A DNA stretch of 64,000 nucleotides from an uncultured Anaerolineales bacterium (GCA_964530325.1 CAZHAX010000003.1:11409-75408); one strand, 5' to 3'. Counted from the stretch's first letter, positions 41,425 through 50,810 are shown. Numbers and translations: made by a program. Notes: generated by a model not told the origin, from the letters alone.

Positions 41425-43053
41425 CTACGGGAACGACAGGCAGACCGCATAGGCGTTGAGACCCTTGCTGGATCCAGAGGAATTCCTGGCATATACGATC
41501 CATTGGTTATCCGAACCCGGCTTGGGCGACGTGTTGTAGACACGCAGGTCGGGCCCTCCCGCGAAACCGCCACCGGCCGCCAGGCCGTCCCCGCTGCAGG
41601 TGGCGACCACATAACCCGTGCCACTGCCGGCAATCGAGCCGCCGCTGCCCTCCTGGGTGGTCGTGCCGGTCGTGCCGGAGAGACAGAGGGCATAGGCCTT
41701 GACATACTTGGTGGACCCTGTGTTGTTCTTCGCATACACCTGCCAGCCGTTGCTGGACTTGGAGCTGTTGTAGACGTGCAGGCTCCCGTCCGCGTACGAG
41801 GCCCATCCTCCGCCGGTGACGACGCTGCCCGCCGGGCAGGCTGCGATCGGGTGGCCGACGCCTCCCGCTGCCACCGCCACCTGCTCGGATACCTGGGTCA
41901 CGCTGCCCGCCGTATTCGAGAGGCACACGGCGTACACGCTCAGAGTCTTGCTCGCGCCGGCGTTGTTCTGGCCGTATACCCGCCAGCCGTTGCCCACCTT
42001 GAAGTGAGTGTACACCAGGACGTCAGGATGGACGGCGTACCCACCACTGACGACCACACTGCCCGAGGGACAGCTCGCGGTCTCCCAGCCGATATCGCCG
42101 GGGTCGATGGAGACCTGCTCTAGCACAGTCGCGACGGACGGTTGGAACAAAGGAAGCGCAGTGATGATGATCGGACCCAGCGTGAAGATCGGCATGAACC
42201 AGGTTGGTGTCGGCCAGGGCGTGTCGGTCGGCAGCGGCGTCGGCGTCACCGTCGGCGTCGCCGTCGGCGGCGCAGGGACGATGATCTGCACTGAGAGAAC
42301 GGCACCGAAGATCTGCCCCTGGTCCGAGCGCAGCCTCCACTCGGCGGAGTGCGTGCCGTAGGTCATCGGCGCCTCCAGCTGCACGCTCAAGTCGACAGTA
42401 TCGCCCGCTGCCGTGGGCGGCACAGGAACGGACGCCGGCCCGCCCATCTGATCGCCGCTGGCGAACACCAGGGTGAACCCGGCACCCCAGTCACAGGTTC
42501 CGCTGTTCTGCACTCGCCAGCCCTTGATGAACGGTGCGCCCGGAGCCACCTCCGTGTCCGCCGGTATCGAGACGTCGGTCACGAAAGCCGCGTTCACCGT
42601 GCAGGCGGCGGGGGCCTCCGTCGGGGTTGGGGTCGGCGTGGCCGCCTCAGCGGCACCGGCTCCGACATTCAGGATCACGGTCGCCTCATCCGACGCCCGC
42701 CCCTCGCTGTCGTAGGCCACCACCGAGATCTCCACTTCACCCTCCGCGTCCGGGAGCCAGGTCTGCACCAGGCGGAACGTGCTCGGATTCCCGGAGGGTG
42801 GTGTGCTCTCCTGCACCACATCGCCGTCCACGAGCAGCTCCACACGTGCTATGCCGGCGTCGGCGGTTGAAGTAGAGGCGATCTCCACCGCTTCCCCGAT
42901 CTCGGCTGTCGCCCCGCTGGTCGGGCTCGTTATCTCTACGCTCGGCCCCAGGTCGACGACCAGCCCCTCCAGGGGCGAGCAGGCGAGTGCCGTGACGAGC
43001 AGCACCAGCACCAGTAGCGAGAAAGCTCTTGTCCTACTCTTGCTGCGCAACAT
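41425..43053 (-). CDS. Secreted Big_7 Ig-like + NBR1-type FW domain protein with three C-terminal GGG/NGW repeats (paralog C)
   Basis: Start at the Met preceded by an AGGAGGTG RBS. Signal peptide 'LLVLVLLVTALAC'; Big_7-like 'VEITSPTSGA...VELLVDGDVV...VVAYDSEG'; FW domain; a PT linker; three repeats ending '...AYAVCLSFP'. Confidence 0.8.
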   Translation of the reverse strand: MLRSKSRTRAFSLLVLVLLVTALACSPLEGLVVDLGPSVEITSPTSGATAEIGEAVEIASTSTADAGIARVELLVDGDVVQESTPPSGNPSTFRLVQTWLPDAEGEVEISVVAYDSEGRASDEATVILNVGAGAAEAATPTPTPTEAPAACTVNAAFVTDVSIPADTEVAPGAPFIKGWRVQNSGTCDWGAGFTLVFASGDQMGGPASVPVPPTAAGDTVDLSVQLEAPMTYGTHSAEWRLRSDQGQIFGAVLSVQIIVPAPPTATPTVTPTPLPTDTPWPTPTWFMPIFTLGPIIITALPLFQPSVATVLEQVSIDPGDIGWETASCPSGSVVVSGGYAVHPDVLVYTHFKVGNGWRVYGQNNAGASKTLSVYAVCLSNTAGSVTQVSEQVAVAAGGVGHPIAACPAGSVVTGGGWASYADGSLHVYNSSKSSNGWQVYAKNNTGSTKYVKAYALCLSGTTGTTTQEGSGGSIAGSGTGYVVATCSGDGLAAGGGFAGGPDLRVYNTSPKPGSDNQWIVYARNSSGSSKGLNAYAVCLSFP

Positions 43054-43094
43054 ACCACACCTCCTGTTGTGACCAAGGTTCACTCATGCTCATG

Positions 43095-43120
43095 AACGGA
43101 ACCTCGGTCCCGGTTGTTAC
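43095..43120 (-). promoter_or_regulatory. ECF-sigma-type promoter GTAAC-N17-CGTT upstream of paralog C
   Basis: TGTAAC...CGTT with the same spacing as paralogs A and D. Confidence 0.5.
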
Positions 43121-43236
43121 ATTGCCCGGCGGAGCCGCCCGGCATCGACGCTGCCGCCGTTATGTCCACACGGTATCCTACGGTTCCAGTATACGACCTG
43201 CGCGCCTCGCTGGCAAGCGAGACCTGGCCGTGGACG

Positions 43237-43274
43237 CAGTGAGCCGGGGTGGCTAGTGCCGCCCCGGCTCACTG
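43237..43274 (-). terminator. Perfect 13-bp-stem hairpin downstream of paralog D
   Basis: CAGTGAGCCGGGG-N12-CCCCGGCTCACTG. Confidence 0.5.
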
Positions 43275-43308
43275 CTCTTGGGCAGGCTTGTGCGTCCCTA
43301 CCTGACGA

Positions 43309-44898
43309 TCAGAAGGTCAGGCAGTCCGCGTAGCAGTAGAAGTTCCTGGAAGAGGTGTCCGTATTCCGACCCCAGTTGCTCCATTGGCCGGAGACGGACA
43401 GGTCCGGGGACGTGATGTAGAGCTTGGCGTACTGGAACGGCCCGGCGAAGCCCCCGCTCACGTTCAGCCCGCTGGAGCAGGAGCACTCGACCTCACCCAC
43501 ACTGCCGGCTCCCAGGCTGATCGAGTTCGTCACCTCGGAAACGGAGCCGGTCGTGCCCTCCAGACAGATCGCCCGCGCTACCACGCCCGAGTTGCCGCTG
43601 CCGGTGTTGAAGGCATAGACCTCCCAGCCGTTGCCGAACTTGGAGCTGTTGTACACGTGCATGTCGCCGGTGGGCAAGACCGCCCAGCCGCCGCCCGTGA
43701 CGACGCTCCCGGCGGGGCACTCGGCCACCGCCTTGCCCCAGTTGCCCGGCGTCACTGAGACGCTGGAGCTCGTGACCATCGATGTAGTACCTGAGACATT
43801 CCTCAGGCAGACCGCGTGCACGGTCATCGCCAGATCGGACCCGCCGTGATTCCAGCCCGCGCCGCGCCAGCCATCGCCGGACTTGTAGTGGCTGTAGACC
43901 TCGACGTTCCAGTGCACGTCGTAGCCGCCGCCGACGACGAGCCCTCCGCCGGGGCATGCGGCGGTGGTCGCCGCCCAGGTGCCGGCCGGCACCGTCACCG
44001 TCGCGCTCACGTGCTGAGTGTACGGCAGGAAGACCATGAATGTGGGGGCGATCATTGTTATGAGCGGCATAGACCAGGTCGGGGTCGGCGTCGGCGTATC
44101 AGCCGGCGTCGGCGTCACCGTAGGCGGCGCGGGAACCACTATCTGGACCCAGAACGTGGAGCCGAACATCTGCGCCTCATCAGACCGGGCTCGCCAGTTG
44201 CCCCGATGCGTGCCGTAGGTCGTAGGAGCTTCCAGCTCAACGCTGACGTCCACGGTGTTTCCGGCGGGGGTTGGTGAAATCGCGACCGAAGCCGGCCCGC
44301 CCATCTGATCCCCGCTGACGAAGACCAGCTCGAAGCCGGGACCCCAATCGCAGGTCCCGCTGTTCTGTATCCTCCATCCCTTCACGAAGGAGGCTCCGGG
44401 CGCAATCTCGGTGTCGTCCGGGATCGTGATATCGGCCACGTAAGAGGCATTCAGCGTGCAGCCCCCGATCTCGACATCCTCCGCCGGCGTCGGCGTCACG
44501 CCGGCCGCGGCTTCGCCGACGAAGATCGTGATCGTTGCCGCCTCGGACGCCCGCCCTTCGACGTCGTAGGCCACCACAGACACCGTCACCTCGCCTTCCG
44601 CCAAGGGGACCCACGCCTGCAGCAGGCGGAAGGTCGGCGGGTTGCCCGCCGGCGGTTCGTCCCGGCGGACCACAGCGCCGTCGACCAGGAGCTCGACCCG
44701 GGCCAGGCCGGCATCTGCGCTGGAGGTGGAAGCGATCTCCAGCGTTTCCCCAACCTGCACCGTGAGCCCACTCGCGGGCCCGGTGATCTCTGTGCTGACC
44801 GTATCCTCTCCCAGAAGCGGCCCGCAGGCCAGAGACGCCAGTAGAACAACCAGCGACGCGCCCCTCGACGCCCGCAACCTTCTCGTCTCACTCGGCAT
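43309..44898 (-). CDS. Secreted Big_7 Ig-like + NBR1-type FW domain protein with three C-terminal GGG/NGW repeats (paralog D)
   Basis: Signal peptide 'LVVLLASLAC'; Big_7-like domain; an FW domain nearly identical to paralog A; a PT linker; repeats 'CPGGGLVVGGGY', 'CPAGSVVTGGGW...NGWEVYAFN', 'CSCSSGLNVSGGF'; 'GAGEVGRY' RBS GAGGAGG. Confidence 0.8.
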   Translation of the reverse strand: MPSETRRLRASRGASLVVLLASLACGPLLGEDTVSTEITGPASGLTVQVGETLEIASTSSADAGLARVELLVDGAVVRRDEPPAGNPPTFRLLQAWVPLAEGEVTVSVVAYDVEGRASEAATITIFVGEAAAGVTPTPAEDVEIGGCTLNASYVADITIPDDTEIAPGASFVKGWRIQNSGTCDWGPGFELVFVSGDQMGGPASVAISPTPAGNTVDVSVELEAPTTYGTHRGNWRARSDEAQMFGSTFWVQIVVPAPPTVTPTPADTPTPTPTWSMPLITMIAPTFMVFLPYTQHVSATVTVPAGTWAATTAACPGGGLVVGGGYDVHWNVEVYSHYKSGDGWRGAGWNHGGSDLAMTVHAVCLRNVSGTTSMVTSSSVSVTPGNWGKAVAECPAGSVVTGGGWAVLPTGDMHVYNSSKFGNGWEVYAFNTGSGNSGVVARAICLEGTTGSVSEVTNSISLGAGSVGEVECSCSSGLNVSGGFAGPFQYAKLYITSPDLSVSGQWSNWGRNTDTSSRNFYCYADCLTF

Positions 44899-44940
44899 TG
44901 TTAGCCTCCTCTATCGATGGGGTTCTCCACCGTCACTCAC

Positions 44941-44976
44941 AACGATTCGCTCGCCGGTCTTGTTACTCGGCCCGGC
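44941..44976 (-). promoter_or_regulatory. ECF-sigma-type promoter GTAAC-N17-CGTT upstream of paralog D
   Basis: GAGTAACAAG...AATCGTT, about 43 nt upstream of the ATG. Confidence 0.5.
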
Positions 44977-45025
44977 GCCGCAGCGCCCTGCTCCGACCAG
45001 CGCACCAGAATTCGCCGTGGCTCTG

Positions 45026-45553
45026 CTAGGTGCCGGGCGACTGCACGCCAACGATCAAGCTACTCCACTCGAGTGCTCTCCACGCCCCGCTCTCATCCCT
45101 CCGCACGCTGACCGGCCTGGCACTCGCCGCCCCTGAGCATGAGGCGAAGACCTTGTACGTGCCAGAGCCCGCGTCCCCGCTGTACTTGTTCGCCGAGAAC
45201 TCCAGCTCGTACGGCAGATCGGGCAGCTCATAGCCATTCTCCGGAGCGGTGCACTTGAAATACGACCTGGGTATGTGCCCTTTGCCCACGATCTGCGATA
45301 GCGCCAGGCGCAGATCGGAGCTGCGTAGCTGCAGCCCATCGTATCCCTGTGCGCCCTCCTCCAGGCGGCTGGAGTCGACGGCCGCGGCCATACATTGCCG
45401 GCCCAGCTCCTCATTCTCCGCCAGCAGCAGCAGGGCAACAACCATGGCCGCCGCGCCGCCCTGCGGCTCTCCGGCAATCCCGTCCCGCATCTTGACGAAT
45501 TCCTCGATCGAACCGGGCATACTGCCGATCCGCACAGGTTTCAGCGTCGTCAT
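45026..45553 (-). CDS. Hypothetical protein
   Basis: 175-aa ORF with an AGGAGGTG RBS. No recognisable motif. Confidence 0.45.
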   Translation of the reverse strand: MTTLKPVRIGSMPGSIEEFVKMRDGIAGEPQGGAAAMVVALLLLAENEELGRQCMAAAVDSSRLEEGAQGYDGLQLRSSDLRLALSQIVGKGHIPRSYFKCTAPENGYELPDLPYELEFSANKYSGDAGSGTYKVFASCSGAASARPVSVRRDESGAWRALEWSSLIVGVQSPGT

Positions 45554-45647
45554 CGCCTGGCACCTCCTGCCTGTTCTGAGCTATTGCCGCGCTGCTCCGC
45601 CACTCCCTGTGCCGAAGGGACACGCCGCAGAGAGACTTTGACGGAGG

Positions 45648-46403
45648 CTAGAAGTCGTATTCCGTGAGGTCCTGGGCTAGCTCCACCGGGCCACCGAACG
45701 CCTCCCCGGCCTCGGTCAGCCAGCGGTCGTACTGCTCTTCGTCCGGCTGATAGTGGATCAGCACCAGCCTACCAACCCCAGCTCGGCGTGCGAGCTCGCC
45801 CGCCTGCGCCGCGCTCGTGTGGCCTGCGGTGCTACTCGCCGCCTCGTGGATTAGGATGTCGGATCCCTCAGCCAGAGCAACGACGGCATCGCACGGTGCC
45901 GTGTCGCTGGAATAGGCTATCGAGCCGCCGCTGCGCTTGTTCTCGAAGCGTAGCCCGACTGTTGGCACGAGGTGCTCCACCGGGCCGGAGGTGATTCGCA
46001 GCCCCTCCGTCTCCACAGCCAGCGCACCTATGTCTTCAGTCAGAGTCTTGTACTCAATCGGAAAGAGCCCCGGCCAGTCCTGCCAGCGGAAGAGGTCCAT
46101 CATGGAATTGAACCTCTCGATTGCGTCAGCAAGGCCGTAGACCTCGAGGGGCTTCTTCCTACCCAGGAGCCAGGCATCCATCAGCAGAATTGGGGCGCCG
46201 CAGACGTGGTCCGGGTGGAAGTGCGTGATGAAGAGCCCTCGCAGATTGCCGAGAGCCAATCCCGCACCGTTGAACCTTACTATCGGATTGTCGGCGCAGT
46301 CGATGAGGAATAGGTCTTGACCCTCCTCCACTGCCAGGTAGGTGTTGGCATGGGCCTCGTCCGGCACCGCCGCCGCGCTTCCCAGAACAATCAGCCTTGT
46401 CAC
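45648..46403 (-). CDS. MBL-fold metallo-hydrolase
   Basis: 'HFHPDH' (HxHxDH) zinc-binding motif. Confidence 0.75.
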   Translation of the reverse strand: MTRLIVLGSAAAVPDEAHANTYLAVEEGQDLFLIDCADNPIVRFNGAGLALGNLRGLFITHFHPDHVCGAPILLMDAWLLGRKKPLEVYGLADAIERFNSMMDLFRWQDWPGLFPIEYKTLTEDIGALAVETEGLRITSGPVEHLVPTVGLRFENKRSGGSIAYSSDTAPCDAVVALAEGSDILIHEAASSTAGHTSAAQAGELARRAGVGRLVLIHYQPDEEQYDRWLTEAGEAFGGPVELAQDLTEYDF

Positions 46404-46410
46404 GCCCGCC

Positions 46411-47916
46411 CTACCCCCCGAAGGCCCGAATCACCAGGGCCGGTGTCAGATGCGCCTCGACTGCAGCGGCGGCCGCCAGCATAGGCAGCACCAGGAACAC
46501 GAAAACCTTCAAGAAGTCGGCCAGCGCCCGCAGCCACGCCTCGCCGACAGCCATGCCCCGAGGAGGTGACATGAAGACAGCTCCCAAGCGGACTGCCATG
46601 GCGGTCGATAGGACCACGGCCGGTATCTCCAGGGCGCCGTGCGGTAGCACACCGGCGGCGAAGAACAGCCACGGGTCGTACCCCATGTTGGCGGACTGGG
46701 CCACAAGGAAGGCCACGACGGCGAGAGGAGCCATCGTCAGCGCTATGGCCAGAGAGCCGAACGAGAACACTGCCAACAGAGCCGCCCCCACCAACACCCG
46801 CAGGTTGTGAGAGAGAATGCCTCCGGTGGTTAACGACAGGACTCCCAGGACACGACTGTCCGAGAAGGAGTCGGCGGAGACGACCTCGTCTCCCAGGAGC
46901 TCGGCCGGCAGGGGGTAGTCGGCGGCGAAGCTCAAGCCAACTAGCACAGCCAGAAGGATTGCCACTACCACGGTGGCCACGGCCAGCCGGGATTCGCGAA
47001 GGACCGCTGGCAGGTGGCGCCGGTAGAGACCGCCCAAGGCCCCCATCCAACGCAGGGCAGCGGGCAGCCGATCCGGGTCTCTGCCGAAGAACCAGGGCTC
47101 CCACTGTAGGTGACGCCAGAACGTGCGCCAGATGTAGCCCAGGTTCAGCTCATCGATCTCGCGACCCAACAGCTCCTCGCGATTGAAGATGTAGATGCCC
47201 ATGCGGACAAGTATCACGTCCGCGACGACAAGGAAGGCCACGATCCACCACAGCGCGTCGTAGTTGCCCCAGAACATCACCAGGGCCTCGCCCTGCGCCA
47301 GGAGCGCCATGGGGATGATGATGAAGCTGGCCAGCAGGTTAGCGGCGCGCACGCTGGTCGTCTGGCTGGACACCACCACCGCACCGCTGACCATAACCAC
47401 GCACTCGGCCGTGGTCAGGACGATGATGAGAACGAACAGCTCCAGCGGGGGCGACCAACCCTCGAAGTAGTATAGGCCAGTCAGGTAGACCCCCACGCCG
47501 AGGTAGGCGGCCAGCAGCGGCGGCACCATCGCTCCCACTGTCTTGCCCACGTAGAGCTCGGCGTCGGACAGAATCGTAGCCAGAAGAGGTTCGAGGCTCT
47601 TTCGCTCCCGCTCGCCGGCGAACGTCTCCAGTGCGATGACCAGCGAGAAGGAGATGGGGAAGAAGCCGACGATCATGAGCAGGAATGGCAGCATCCTCTC
47701 GCTGATGATCGGGGCTCCTCCGTAGCTGGCTACCCATTCAATGGCGCTGTTGGCCACGAACGTCATTATCAACGGGAAGAGTAGAGTGAGCAGCACGATC
47801 GGGATGGCGATGCGCCAATCACGAAGTGAGTCGCGCACCTCGCGGCCGACGAGAGCAAGCACCAGACGCAGCGACTCTGCGATCCCCCCTTCTCGTTGCA
47901 GGGCCTTGGTCGTCAT
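46411..47916 (-). CDS. ABC-2 family permease fused to a SpoIIM/DUF95-like membrane domain
   Basis: N-terminal six-TM ABC-2 permease. The C-terminal half carries 'VLPHGALEIPA', typical of stage II sporulation protein M family domains. Confidence 0.6.
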   Translation of the reverse strand: MTTKALQREGGIAESLRLVLALVGREVRDSLRDWRIAIPIVLLTLLFPLIMTFVANSAIEWVASYGGAPIISERMLPFLLMIVGFFPISFSLVIALETFAGERERKSLEPLLATILSDAELYVGKTVGAMVPPLLAAYLGVGVYLTGLYYFEGWSPPLELFVLIIVLTTAECVVMVSGAVVVSSQTTSVRAANLLASFIIIPMALLAQGEALVMFWGNYDALWWIVAFLVVADVILVRMGIYIFNREELLGREIDELNLGYIWRTFWRHLQWEPWFFGRDPDRLPAALRWMGALGGLYRRHLPAVLRESRLAVATVVVAILLAVLVGLSFAADYPLPAELLGDEVVSADSFSDSRVLGVLSLTTGGILSHNLRVLVGAALLAVFSFGSLAIALTMAPLAVVAFLVAQSANMGYDPWLFFAAGVLPHGALEIPAVVLSTAMAVRLGAVFMSPPRGMAVGEAWLRALADFLKVFVFLVLPMLAAAAAVEAHLTPALVIRAFGG

Positions 47917-47919
47917 CGG

Positions 47920-48831
47920 TTAGGCCTCCACCACACGCAGAAAGACATCTTCCAGGCTGCGTTCTACCTCGCTCAGGGTGACGACCCCTACTCCTTCTCT
48001 CGAGAGCGTCTGAAGCACAGCTGGGTTCGTGTGCGAGGGATTGGGGGTCGAATAAAGTAGCCAATCCGCACCCCGGCCCTCGATCGTCACCAGGTCGGAT
48101 ACCAGATCCACCGCACCGTCTACCGGGCCGGCGAGTCTCAGCTCCATCAGGGGTGGCCCTAGCAGCTGGTCCTTCAGCTCGCCAGAGGTGCCCAGAGCGA
48201 TGATCTCGCCCCTCCGTATGATGGCGATCCGATCCGCGATCGCCTCAGCCTCCGCCAGGTTGTGAGTGCAGATGACCGTCGCCCGGCTCTGGCTGCGCAG
48301 GCTGACGATGGCATCGCGCACGAGCTTGGCGCTGTGGGGATCCATTGCCGAGGTCGGCTCGTCGAGCAGGAGGACCGGCGGATCGTGCAGCATAGCGCGC
48401 ACCAGGGCGATCTTCTGTCTCGCGCCTTTGGAGTACGTGGACAGCCGCCGGTCATAGAGATCAGACATGCCGAAGTAGTCGACGAGCTCCCTGGCCCGCC
48501 GCACTCTCTCGTCGGGATCGATCTGCATCATGCGGCCGAAGAAGTCCAGGTACTCGGCGCCTCGCATGCGCAGATAGAGGCCGGGGTGCTCGGTGAGGAG
48601 CCCGATCCTTCGCCTCACCTCCCGAGGACTCTTGGTCACCCAGTGGCCAGCTACGAGAGCGTCACCGGCCGTGGGGCGGAGGATAGCCCCGAGCATACGA
48701 ACGGTCGTCGTCTTGCCCGCACCGTTCGGACCTAGCAACGCCAGGATCTCGCCCGCGCGTACCGAAAACGTCACCCGGTTGACCGCGGTGAACTCGCCAA
48801 ACCGCTTCGTCAGTCCCTGCAGTTCAATCAT
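47920..48831 (-). CDS. ABC transporter ATP-binding protein
   Basis: Walker A 'GPNGAGKTT', signature 'YSKGARQK', Walker B 'LLLDEPTSAMD', plus a C-terminal extension of about 70 aa. Confidence 0.85.
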   Translation of the reverse strand: MIELQGLTKRFGEFTAVNRVTFSVRAGEILALLGPNGAGKTTTVRMLGAILRPTAGDALVAGHWVTKSPREVRRRIGLLTEHPGLYLRMRGAEYLDFFGRMMQIDPDERVRRARELVDYFGMSDLYDRRLSTYSKGARQKIALVRAMLHDPPVLLLDEPTSAMDPHSAKLVRDAIVSLRSQSRATVICTHNLAEAEAIADRIAIIRRGEIIALGTSGELKDQLLGPPLMELRLAGPVDGAVDLVSDLVTIEGRGADWLLYSTPNPSHTNPAVLQTLSREGVGVVTLSEVERSLEDVFLRVVEA

Positions 48832-49043
48832 CTTCGACGTCCTGCCCGCCGCTGACTCGGGTCCGGCCGGCCCACTTCTTCGCCAGACACCGTAGACGGT
48901 CGCGGGCCGCCCATAGGCCGCCCGCCCCTAGATAAGGATTATACCAATCTTGGCGCCTCATGGCAATGGGTAAAGGGCACCATTGACCGCCTGGCGCGCG
49001 ATATCGTTGGGGATCAGCCGCGAAAGAGGGCGTCTAGCGCCTC

Positions 49044-49703
49044 TCAGGCCGCTTCGCCCTGCCGCCTGAGGACCGTGTATACGTACAACATGCGCTGTAC
49101 GGCGGTGAAGACGGAAAGAACTGCGAGCAGCCAGGCCAGCACAGTCGGTTGGTTCAGGACCGTAAGCACGACGATCAGACCGACGCGCTCCATCCGTGTC
49201 AGCAGCCCAACCTTGCACGTCAGGCCAAGCGACTCAGCGCGGGCCCTGATGTAGCTGACCCACATGGCCGCGATGAGAGCGATCAGCAGCAGCACGACCT
49301 CAGTCAGAGCCCCCTGTCGCACGAACCAGACGGTGAGACCCGCGATCAGCGAGGCGTCGGACAGCCGGTCCATTGTCGAATCGAGGAAGGCACCGAACTG
49401 GCTCTTGCGGCCGAGCACGCGGGCCAGCGTCCCGTCCAGTGCATCAAGCGGGCCCACTATGGCCAGCAGCCAGCCGCCCAGCGCAATCCGGCCTGTGGCG
49501 TAGATCGCTCCCACGCCAGCCTGCAGGAGCATGCCGGCAATGGTCAGTGTGTTGGGATGTATGCCCAGTTTGGCCAGGCCGCGCGCGATAGGTGTCAGCA
49601 TGACGCCGAACCTGGCCCGCGCCCAGTCGGTGAGCGACTCCCAGCGGCCCCGATCGGCCTGCACCTGCGCCCGCTTACTCTCAGCTGGCCGCAGATGGCT
49701 CAT
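49044..49703 (-). CDS. CDP-alcohol phosphatidyltransferase (phosphatidylinositol-phosphate synthase-like)
   Basis: 'DALDGTLAR...[13 protein letters not shown]' (D-G-x2-A-R...G-x3-D-x3-D). It overlaps ino1. Confidence 0.8.
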   Translation of the reverse strand: MSHLRPAESKRAQVQADRGRWESLTDWARARFGVMLTPIARGLAKLGIHPNTLTIAGMLLQAGVGAIYATGRIALGGWLLAIVGPLDALDGTLARVLGRKSQFGAFLDSTMDRLSDASLIAGLTVWFVRQGALTEVVLLLIALIAAMWVSYIRARAESLGLTCKVGLLTRMERVGLIVVLTVLNQPTVLAWLLAVLSVFTAVQRMLYVYTVLRRQGEAA

Positions 49704-50784
49704 CCCCGGTGCCCCCCTTGATGAACTCCTCGACCTTGCGGCGAGCCTCGTCGTCTGTGAACTGGACCGGGGGTGTCTTCATGAAGTAGGCGGATGGTTC
49801 GATGATCGCTCCACCCAACCCCCGATCAAGCGCCAGCTTGCAGCAGCGAACAGCGTCTATCACCACACCCGCCGAGTTGGGGCTGTCCCACACCTCGAGC
49901 TTTAGCTCCAGGTTGAGCGGGATCTCACCGAACGTGGTTCCCTCCATGCGAATATGGCACCACTTCCGGTCCGTGAGCCAGGGCACGTAGTCGGACGGCC
50001 CGACGTGAACATCCTCCGCTGGCAGCTTGTACTCCAGCTGGCTCGTGACGGAACTCGTCTTGGAGATCTTCTTCGATTCCAGCCGCTCCCGCTCGAGCAT
50101 GTTGTAGAAGTCCATGTTGCCGCCGAAGTTGAGCTGGTACGTCCGATCGAGCCGCACCCCCCTGTCACGGAACAGGCGTGTAAGGACGCGGTGAACGATC
50201 GTGGCGCCGACCTGGCTCTTGATGTCGTCTCCGATGATCGGCAGGCCACGCTCCTTGAAACGACTGGTCCAGTACTCCTGACTGGCAATGAACACAGGGA
50301 TGCAGTTCACGAAGCCACAGCCGGCGTCCAGCACCTGCTCCACGTACCACTTGGTGGCCATCTCGCTGCCTACTGGGAGGAAGCTCACCACTACGTCTGT
50401 GCGGGTGTCCTTCAGTATGTGCACGATATCTGCAGTGGGGCCGGGCGCCTTGGTGATCACCTGCGAGAGGTACTTCCCCAGGCCGTCGTGGGTCATGCCC
50501 CGCTCCACCTTGACGTCAAGATGGGGCACATCTGTGAAGCGGATCGTGTTGTTCGGCGGCTGCCAGATCGCCTCGGAAAGGGGGAGCCCCACCTTGTTCT
50601 TGTCGATGTCGAACGCCGCGACGAACTCGATATCGCTCACGTGGTATCCGCCCAGCTTGACGTGCATCAGCCCGGGCACGCTGCTGCTGGAGGCGGCGCT
50701 CCTGTAGAAATGCACCCCCTGAACGAGCGCAGATGCGCAGTTGCCAACGCCGATGATCGCAACACGAACCTTCTTCTTTCCCAT
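49681..50784 (-). CDS. ino1: myo-Inositol-1-phosphate synthase (archaeal/bacterial short type)
   Basis: '[19 protein letters not shown]' NAD-binding N-terminus and MIPS-wide sequence. The start is taken at 'MGKKK'. Confidence 0.85.
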   Translation of the reverse strand: MGKKKVRVAIIGVGNCASALVQGVHFYRSAASSSSVPGLMHVKLGGYHVSDIEFVAAFDIDKNKVGLPLSEAIWQPPNNTIRFTDVPHLDVKVERGMTHDGLGKYLSQVITKAPGPTADIVHILKDTRTDVVVSFLPVGSEMATKWYVEQVLDAGCGFVNCIPVFIASQEYWTSRFKERGLPIIGDDIKSQVGATIVHRVLTRLFRDRGVRLDRTYQLNFGGNMDFYNMLERERLESKKISKTSSVTSQLEYKLPAEDVHVGPSDYVPWLTDRKWCHIRMEGTTFGEIPLNLELKLEVWDSPNSAGVVIDAVRCCKLALDRGLGGAIIEPSAYFMKTPPVQFTDDEARRKVEEFIKGGTGDEPSAAS

Positions 50785-50810
50785 CGTCCTAGGACCTCCC
50801 GACTGAATCA

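Noticed and set aside
43054-43083. Upstream ATG (43083) as the start of paralog C
   Set aside because: It would leave only about 5 nt between the predicted -10 and the start. The downstream Met is preceded by AGGAGGTG at ideal spacing, matching paralogs A, B and D.
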